Shown: positions 58,132-64,000 of the stretch, piece after piece
Layout: every line of letters begins with the position of its first letter
Position numbering within the stretch: position 1 is the stretch's first letter
NCBI GenBank assembly: GCA_963712115.1
Contig: CAVQGX010000038.1
Coordinates: 1 to 64,000, forward strand
Origin: an uncultured delta proteobacterium
Lineage (GTDB): Bacteria > Desulfobacterota > Syntrophobacteria > BM002
Length of the DNA stretch: 64,000 bases
Reading direction: 5' to 3'
Program-made: the position numbers and the translations under genes
The notes under the pieces: generated by a model
Databases searched by the model: none
What the model was told of the DNA's origin: nothing
The model's input: the letters and a program-made list of their open reading frames with translations, nothing else

Positions 58132-58701
58132 TTATATCCTCCGGCGATAGCTCACGAAGTTGTGCATCTCGTCCATTACCGCTGCGTAATCCTCTTTGAT
58201 TGCCTCGTGCATCCTGGCATTTTCAATGGCAAGGGCTCCCACCTCTGCCAGAGCTTCGGCAAAATTCATCTCAGGTTCCGGGAATTCACGAGGCTCCCCT
58301 GTATACAATCGCAGCACCCCGATCACCCGCTCCCTGCAGGAGAGCGGCACGGAGACAATACTGGCAATTCCCTCTTGGACAGCCTCTTTGGGATACTGGA
58401 TCCTGGGGTCGTCACTAGCCTTATAAACGTTGACAGTTTTTCCATCCATAGCATCGGCAATACTTTTATCTGCGTCCAAGGGACCCTTGTTGATATAGCT
58501 CTCACTCAATCCGTGGGAGGCGAGCAGCTCCAGTGTTCTTTTCTTGCCGTGCAGCATGCATATGGCGCACGCCTTCAGATCCATGACCTCAGCTACATTG
58601 CTGACCAGCAGATCCAAAACTTGTCGGCGGTCGAGTGTTGAATTGACCGCCTTGACCACCTCTTTAAACGAATCAAAATATATTTTATCTCGGCTCTTCA
58701 T
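58132..58701 (-). CDS. Stand-alone GAF domain protein
   Basis: ASHGLSESY..KGP, EGIASIVSVPL, IGVLRLY, ALAIENAR. Confidence 0.88.
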   Translation of the reverse strand: MKSRDKIYFDSFKEVVKAVNSTLDRRQVLDLLVSNVAEVMDLKACAICMLHGKKRTLELLASHGLSESYINKGPLDADKSIADAMDGKTVNVYKASDDPRIQYPKEAVQEGIASIVSVPLSCRERVIGVLRLYTGEPREFPEPEMNFAEALAEVGALAIENARMHEAIKEDYAAVMDEMHNFVSYRRRI

Positions 58702-59174
58702 AACACACCTCTTTGGTTCATGGCCAAGCCCGCTCTGGTTTTCACTGCTGCCTTTTCATGGCGGTCCTTTTCTTGAATTGAGTTACCTTTCCTTGGAGCC
58801 TGACCACTCTTTGCGGGAAAACAGGAGAGTTAAAGCATCTGTGGGGTACCATACAGGGAAGAACAGTAACAGGATACGGGCCGGAATTTGCCGCAGATTT
58901 TCGAGGACGACGTTTAAGTGTGAGGAAAGGCAGGTTTGGCGGTTGAAGAGATTCTCATTCCTTTCGAACAAGATCATCCGAACGCTTTACCGTAGACTCC
59001 CAACAGAACAAATCTAGTCCTGTTGGGAGCGAATTATGCACAATTTGAGGTTCATTAAAAACCCGGATATTCAGTATATATTGGGGTATTAGACAATTGG
59101 ACAGCTTATATAGTGGTAGCTTAAGTCACAGATTGTAAGGCTGTCAATAAAAAAAAATTACCATTTTGCCCGTT

Positions 59175-61772
59175 TCATGGTGACTTTTTTCCATAAGGCT
59201 TCAGCCTTTCAAGGAGCAGGGGCAACACGGTAAAATTAGCAGCCAGGGCGATCATCATTGCTAAGGCAGTAAGCATTCCAAAATAGATGGTGGGGACGAA
59301 TTTGGAGAGGACCAGAATGGAAAAACCTATGGTGATGGTAACCGTGGTGTAGTACATGGCCCGGCCGATGCTTCCATGGGAACGGCGCACTGCCGCCTGG
59401 TAGTCCCAGTCCACCACCACTTCCTCACCAAAGCGATGCACGTAATGAATGGTATCGTCCACTCCAATGCCGATGCTGATGGCCGCGATGGTGATGGTCA
59501 TGAAGTTTAGGGGGATATCGAGCCAGCCCATGAGGCCAAGGACCAGCGGCACGGAGACTAGGTTGGGCACGATGGCGATTAAGGCCAGTTTCACTGAGTG
59601 AAAAAGAAAGAAGAACATGACAAGAATGGCCAGGAACACCGCCCCCAGGGTCAGAATTTGAGAGCGGAACAGGCTCTGCAGCATATTATTGTAGAGGACC
59701 AGCATACCCGACAGGTGCACCTGGTCGTCCGAAAGTCCCAACTCCCCGGTCAGGTGGTGGCGAATCTTCTTCAGCAGAACCTGACGTTTAAGCTTCACAT
59801 CAGATTCATAAACCCGCACCTCAAAGCGAAGCTGATTTCCATCCGGTGAGAGGTAGGGCGCAATCAGGCTCTCCTTGACTTCATCGGGTAACCGCTTGTA
59901 GATAAGGGACAGCGCAAAATTATCCGGCAGTTCGCCGCCGTTGATCTGCTTTAACACCTCCATGGTGGTGGAAAGGGAGAGGACCTTGCCGGTCTCAGGG
60001 AGCCCATCCAGGAAGGCTTGGATGGAATTCACCTCATCCACTTTGAAGACGTTAAACCAGTAACTGGTGCCGGTGATCCCCGCCTCTCCCTCGAAGTCGG
60101 CGTCATCCCAGGAGGGTTCTTCATCCCCTTCCTTATTAGCCTCATCCCCTTTCTTAGCAAGTGGTTTCTTTTTCTCCTTCAAAAAATCTGCCGGCGCGTC
60201 GATCACCACGTCCAGGGGGATGGTGCCCCCCAGTTTGCGGTCCATGAGATACATGCCCTGATAAATCTCTGTGGACTTATGGAAGTGGTCAATGAAGCGG
60301 TTCTCCACCGTAAGCTTGAACATGCCAATTACGCCGAATACCACCGCCAGCATGGCTACCCCCAGCACCAGGTTGCCGTGGCGCTCGATCAAAGGCGGGA
60401 AAATAGAGGTTACGGCGGTGGTTAAATCCCGCGGTTTATGCGGTATTCCGGGCTTGAGCAACATGAGCGCCGCGGGAAACAGAGTGAAAGAGAGAACCAA
60501 GGCCGCAGTCAGACTGATGCCCATAATCCAGCCAAAGTCGATGACCGGTCGGATGCCGCTCACTACCAGCGAGCCGAAGGCCACCATGGTGGTGATGACC
60601 ATGTAGAAACAGGGGACGAACTTGCTGCGAACCATTTCCTGTACCAGATAACGCTGCTCTCCCTCCGGATTTCGCACATGCAGCTCGCGGTAGCGGACAA
60701 TGAGATGAATGGTAAGGGAGAGGACAAAGATCAGCAGCAGGGCGAGGAAATTGGATGACACCACCGTCAGCCGCCACTCGGCCAAACCCAGGAAGCCCAT
60801 GGTCACCACGCTTGTGGCAAGAGCAGTGAGCAGGGACAGAATAACCCAGCGTGGCTGACGGAAGGCAATGATCAAAAGCAGTGCCAGCACCGCGACTACC
60901 CCTATGCCGAATACCTTGATATCGTGGCGGACGAAATCTACCATGTCGGCCACAACCATGGGCTTCCCCCCCAGGTGCAATTCGGCACGATCCCGATACT
61001 GATCCAGTATGGCACGGATGCGGGCTATATCCGCCTCCTCTTGCGCCATCAGCTCAGCTTTGTATCTCTTGAACTCATTGGTAAAACGTTCTAGTTCCTT
61101 AGCCTCCCCCGGTGTCAGCTTCGCCTCTAGCTCTTTCTCGCGCAAGGCATCTCGACTCTTGCGCAGGCTCTCATATTTTGGGTCGCGACGAAAAACCACC
61201 TGCATTGCAGTCGTATCGCCGCTAGCCCCCACCAAACGATCACGATAGAGCGGGCTGTCGCGCAGCTCCCGTTCGGCCAGAGCGACGTTGGTGTCCGGGT
61301 CTGCCAAGGTGCGTATGTGTTGTTCCAATTCCTCCAGCGACGTTGGTGGACTCTGAACCAGGGGCACGTCAAGGATGCTCATTACCGATTCAACCCGCTC
61401 GATGGCAGCCAAGCTATCATGCAGCTTGCGCAGATCAGCTAAGGTGTCGGCTTCGAACAGTCCCCTTTTCGGCGTATAGGTGACTATCAGGTAGTCGTCA
61501 GATCCGTAGCGGGCCCGAATGGAGTAGTAGTAGCGCAGGTCTTGGTCGTTCTCCAAAACCAGCGAATCGGGAGAGATGTCTATTTTGAGGTCGGGAACAA
61601 ACCAGCCGAAAAAACCGGTGATGAGAAGAACCAGCAGCAGGGTGACGAGGGGTTTTCCGAGAACCAGTCCGTAGTATAAAGATAGCAGCCGTAATTTCAT
61701 AGAAAATTTTTTCAGTACTCCTCGAGTAAGTTGAATTCTAGTTATAAAAACTCCTTTTTGCAAGTATGGCAA
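59175..61772 (-). CDS. MMPL/RND-superfamily transporter; start probably ATG 61700
   Basis: Two TM clusters, TTMVAFGSL, GIGVDDTIHY, large periplasmic loops. Confidence 0.88.
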   Translation of the reverse strand: MPYLQKGVFITRIQLTRGVLKKFSMKLRLLSLYYGLVLGKPLVTLLLVLLITGFFGWFVPDLKIDISPDSLVLENDQDLRYYYSIRARYGSDDYLIVTYTPKRGLFEADTLADLRKLHDSLAAIERVESVMSILDVPLVQSPPTSLEELEQHIRTLADPDTNVALAERELRDSPLYRDRLVGASGDTTAMQVVFRRDPKYESLRKSRDALREKELEAKLTPGEAKELERFTNEFKRYKAELMAQEEADIARIRAILDQYRDRAELHLGGKPMVVADMVDFVRHDIKVFGIGVVAVLALLLIIAFRQPRWVILSLLTALATSVVTMGFLGLAEWRLTVVSSNFLALLLIFVLSLTIHLIVRYRELHVRNPEGEQRYLVQEMVRSKFVPCFYMVITTMVAFGSLVVSGIRPVIDFGWIMGISLTAALVLSFTLFPAALMLLKPGIPHKPRDLTTAVTSIFPPLIERHGNLVLGVAMLAVVFGVIGMFKLTVENRFIDHFHKSTEIYQGMYLMDRKLGGTIPLDVVIDAPADFLKEKKKPLAKKGDEANKEGDEEPSWDDADFEGEAGITGTSYWFNVFKVDEVNSIQAFLDGLPETGKVLSLSTTMEVLKQINGGELPDNFALSLIYKRLPDEVKESLIAPYLSPDGNQLRFEVRVYESDVKLKRQVLLKKIRHHLTGELGLSDDQVHLSGMLVLYNNMLQSLFRSQILTLGAVFLAILVMFFFLFHSVKLALIAIVPNLVSVPLVLGLMGWLDIPLNFMTITIAAISIGIGVDDTIHYVHRFGEEVVVDWDYQAAVRRSHGSIGRAMYYTTVTITIGFSILVLSKFVPTIYFGMLTALAMMIALAANFTVLPLLLERLKPYGKKSP

Positions 61773-61779
61773 AGATTTT

Positions 61780-62020
61780 TGTTGAAATCGTTCAAGCCGT
61801 TGAACTCGTTTAAACCGTTCAAATCGTTCAAGTCGTTGAAGTAGTAAATGGTAAATGGTAAACGGTAAACCGTTAAAGGCAAGCAGTAAAAAATAAAATG
61901 CTCCCAGTTTTCTGACCTCTGACCTCCGACCTCTGATCTCTGGACCGGACGAATTCTAGGGCTTCTACGAATTAACTAATTCTCTAATTGACCAACCTGC
62001 CTGCAGAGAAAGCCGGCTAA
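61780..62020 (-). repeat. Mosaic repeat array, partly in the opposite orientation
   Basis: tctgacctctgacctccgacctctgatctctggaccggac is the reverse complement of the ~45068-45105 type block. Confidence 0.8.
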
Positions 62021-62037
62021 CCTGTGCAAAAATATTT

Positions 62038-62065
62038 GTGACCAAAAGGTCCATTGCCACGTATA
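62038..62065 (+). promoter_or_regulatory. Candidate ECF-sigma autoregulatory promoter
   Basis: GTGACC-16 nt-CGTATA about 105 nt upstream of the ECF gene. Confidence 0.45.
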
Positions 62066-62159
62066 TATAATGTGGTAAACTCCATTCCCTCAAGGCCAGG
62101 TTTTCAACCGAGTAGCTCAAGAGAGCTGCCGATGAATAGTCAGACACACTAGAGACCAT

Positions 62160-62729
62160 TTGATTTTCTCCATGGACGGTAACGACGAACAGCTCTGTAT
62201 TGATAGGGTCTTACGGGGAGAGGTGAACGCTTTCGGTACTCTGGTAGAGCGCTACCAGAAGCCCATTTTCAATCTCATGTACCGGCTGGCGGGCTCGTCC
62301 GACAAGGCGGCCGACCTAACCCAGGAAACCTTCATTAGAGCTTATCAGAAATTGGAGCGTTTTCATCCGGGCAAGAGATTCTTCCCCTGGCTCTATTCCA
62401 TCGGGTTGAACCTTGCCAGAGACTTTGCCCGGAAAAACGCCTGCAACCCTGAGACGGGATCAACACTGAACCCTGAATTATTCTCCGGTTGCAACTCCCC
62501 CGGCGACCAGCACGACCGTATGTGCGAAAGCCTGGAGTTCCTTCGGCTGGAGAAAGCGCTGGACCAGCTTCCCGTTATCTACCGTGAGGCCCTGATTCTC
62601 CGCTACCATGATGAGTGTTCCATTCGTGACATTGCTGCAGCCTTGAATCTTTCGGTGAGCGCAGCCAAAATGCGCGTGCACCGTGGCCTGGATATGTTAC
62701 GGGAGCACTATAAAGGAGGGACCATATGA
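62160..62729 (+). CDS. ECF RNA polymerase sigma factor; start probably ATG 62172
   Basis: DLTQETFIRAY, FFPWLYSI, YREALILRY, IAAALNLS..AAKMRVHRG. Confidence 0.93.
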   Translation: MIFSMDGNDEQLCIDRVLRGEVNAFGTLVERYQKPIFNLMYRLAGSSDKAADLTQETFIRAYQKLERFHPGKRFFPWLYSIGLNLARDFARKNACNPETGSTLNPELFSGCNSPGDQHDRMCESLEFLRLEKALDQLPVIYREALILRYHDECSIRDIAAALNLSVSAAKMRVHRGLDMLREHYKGGTI

Positions 62730-63370
62730 GCCGCAAAAAAGATCCTTCTGAGCAACCTTTTCGCGACTCATCTGCCGAGTTGGACAAGACCGCCTACGGG
62801 AACGACGAGGACCAAGCGCTTCTCGCCCTGAAACGTTTGATTTACCGCATGCCGGACAGGGAAGCCCCGGCCGGGCTGACTGAATCCATCCTCAGTTCAC
62901 TGGAGCCCAAAACCGTCCCGGGTTGGCTGCGTTTCTATCGCTGGGTCCTCAAGCCTCGAACAGTTACCTTGCAGCCCCTCAAGCTGATTCCCGCTGCCAT
63001 GGTTCTCGTTCTGGTCCTGGCCATTGCCTTTCAGCTCGGCAGGTGGCGACAAGACCCAGGGTCCATGGATCCGCGCCAGGCAAATCTCATTCCCGTGACT
63101 TTTACCCTCAGCTACCCAAAAGCTGACTCAGTGAGCCTGATCGGCTCCTTCAATCAGTGGAACCCTGCCGGCCACAAGATGCGCCAGTCTGGTGACCAAA
63201 ACACCTGGGTGCTCGAGCTCCGGCTGCCCGAAGGCCGTCACGAGTATGCCTTTCTGGTGGATGGCAAGATGGTGGTGCCCGACCAGAGTTCCCCCTTTTA
63301 CCAGAGTGATGGTTTCGGCAATAGAAACTCCGTACTTTTTGTAAGTAGAGATGAACCGGCAAATATTTAG
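62726..63370 (+). CDS. Putative anti-sigma factor with TM and C-terminal glycogen-binding (CBM48/AMPK-beta-like) domain
   Basis: VSLIGSFNQWNP, LPEGRHEYAFLVDG, DGFGNRNSV; ATGA overlap with the sigma gene. Confidence 0.8.
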   Translation: MSRKKDPSEQPFRDSSAELDKTAYGNDEDQALLALKRLIYRMPDREAPAGLTESILSSLEPKTVPGWLRFYRWVLKPRTVTLQPLKLIPAAMVLVLVLAIAFQLGRWRQDPGSMDPRQANLIPVTFTLSYPKADSVSLIGSFNQWNPAGHKMRQSGDQNTWVLELRLPEGRHEYAFLVDGKMVVPDQSSPFYQSDGFGNRNSVLFVSRDEPANI

Positions 63371-64000
63371 AAATAACTTCACTATCTTTTTCGCTGCTTT
63401 CCTGGTTGCTGCTTCAGTTTCACTTTCTTATGGGCAAGGGCAACCAGGGGACCAGAGTGTTACTGCCTCGGTCCGGGCGGCGCGCAAGGCAGGCGTATCT
63501 GAAACCGCTCTCAACCGGCTGTTGATCCTGGCCGTCGATCACCGTCTCGAAGACGATGGTGTGGTGCTGTTGGTCAACTTTCTGCAGACGGTGCAGACAG
63601 AGGACTTTCCCGTTGACCCCTTTATGGGAAAGATAGAAGAGGGGCTGGCAAAACAAATACCCCTGAACACCATAGCTGCTGTGCTGGGTCACAAGCTCGA
63701 CGACTACCGCTTCGTCATAAGAGTCCTGAAGAGAAAAATTGGAGAGCAAGAGATCTCCCATCAGGACTTGAGCCGAATGGTGGGCAGTCTCGATGGCGGG
63801 ATCACCAGGGAGGAGTTTGCTCGGTTTGTTTTGGAAGCATCCGGGCAGGATCTTTCCATGCTGGCCAGGGCAACCGAGATTCTGGCACTGCTGAAACAGG
63901 TGCAGTTCAACGAGTCCCTGACCGAGGAAATCCTTTTTACCGGGTTAAGCAAAAACAGCCTATCCCAATCGTGGGATTACCTCGCCAGAGTCGTAGTCGC
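63351..64000 (+). CDS. Exported hypothetical protein, partial (runs off window)
   Basis: MNRQIFRNNFTIFFAAFLVAASVSLSYGQG...PFMGKIEEGLAKQ; overlaps the upstream gene end. Confidence 0.65.
   Translation, partial: MNRQIFRNNFTIFFAAFLVAASVSLSYGQGQPGDQSVTASVRAARKAGVSETALNRLLILAVDHRLEDDGVVLLVNFLQTVQTEDFPVDPFMGKIEEGLAKQIPLNTIAAVLGHKLDDYRFVIRVLKRKIGEQEISHQDLSRMVGSLDGGITREEFARFVLEASGQDLSMLARATEILALLKQVQFNESLTEEILFTGLSKNSLSQSWDYLARVVV

Noticed and set aside
398-62020. CRISPR array interpretation of the recurring ~30-bp gtcatt module
   Set aside because: Copies are dispersed and degenerate with no regular unique spacers, and there are no cas genes.

Overview
A 64 kb chromosomal window, most likely from an anaerobic Desulfobacterota/deltaproteobacterium. 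This is inferred from gene content: multiheme cytochromes, HybA/HybB-like proteins, many sigma-54 promoters and CFI-box-CTERM proteins. Main gene blocks: an hxlB / HPS-RraA fusion / panE operon behind a long structured leader; a ~13 kb sigma-54-linked multiheme cytochrome locus including a cytochrome c3-octaheme fusion; an AbiEi/AbiEii type IV TA pair whose toxin looks catalytically degenerate; glgP, mscL and an orphan GMP synthase B subunit; a frameshift-riddled surface-protein region (47-55 kb); an IS3-family element and an IS1595 remnant; and an ECF sigma / CBM48 anti-sigma module. The most striking non-coding feature is about 24 mosaic arrays built from a shared vocabulary of 7-9 nt repeat modules. 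They are strongly strand-polarised, share composite blocks verbatim, sit at boundaries between unrelated gene blocks, replace some gene 3' ends and once enter a CDS in frame. A MITE-like family with a shared palindromic core and nested micro-palindromes is also present. No rRNA, tRNA or CRISPR array was seen. All protein calls are by motif recognition; no database searches were run.
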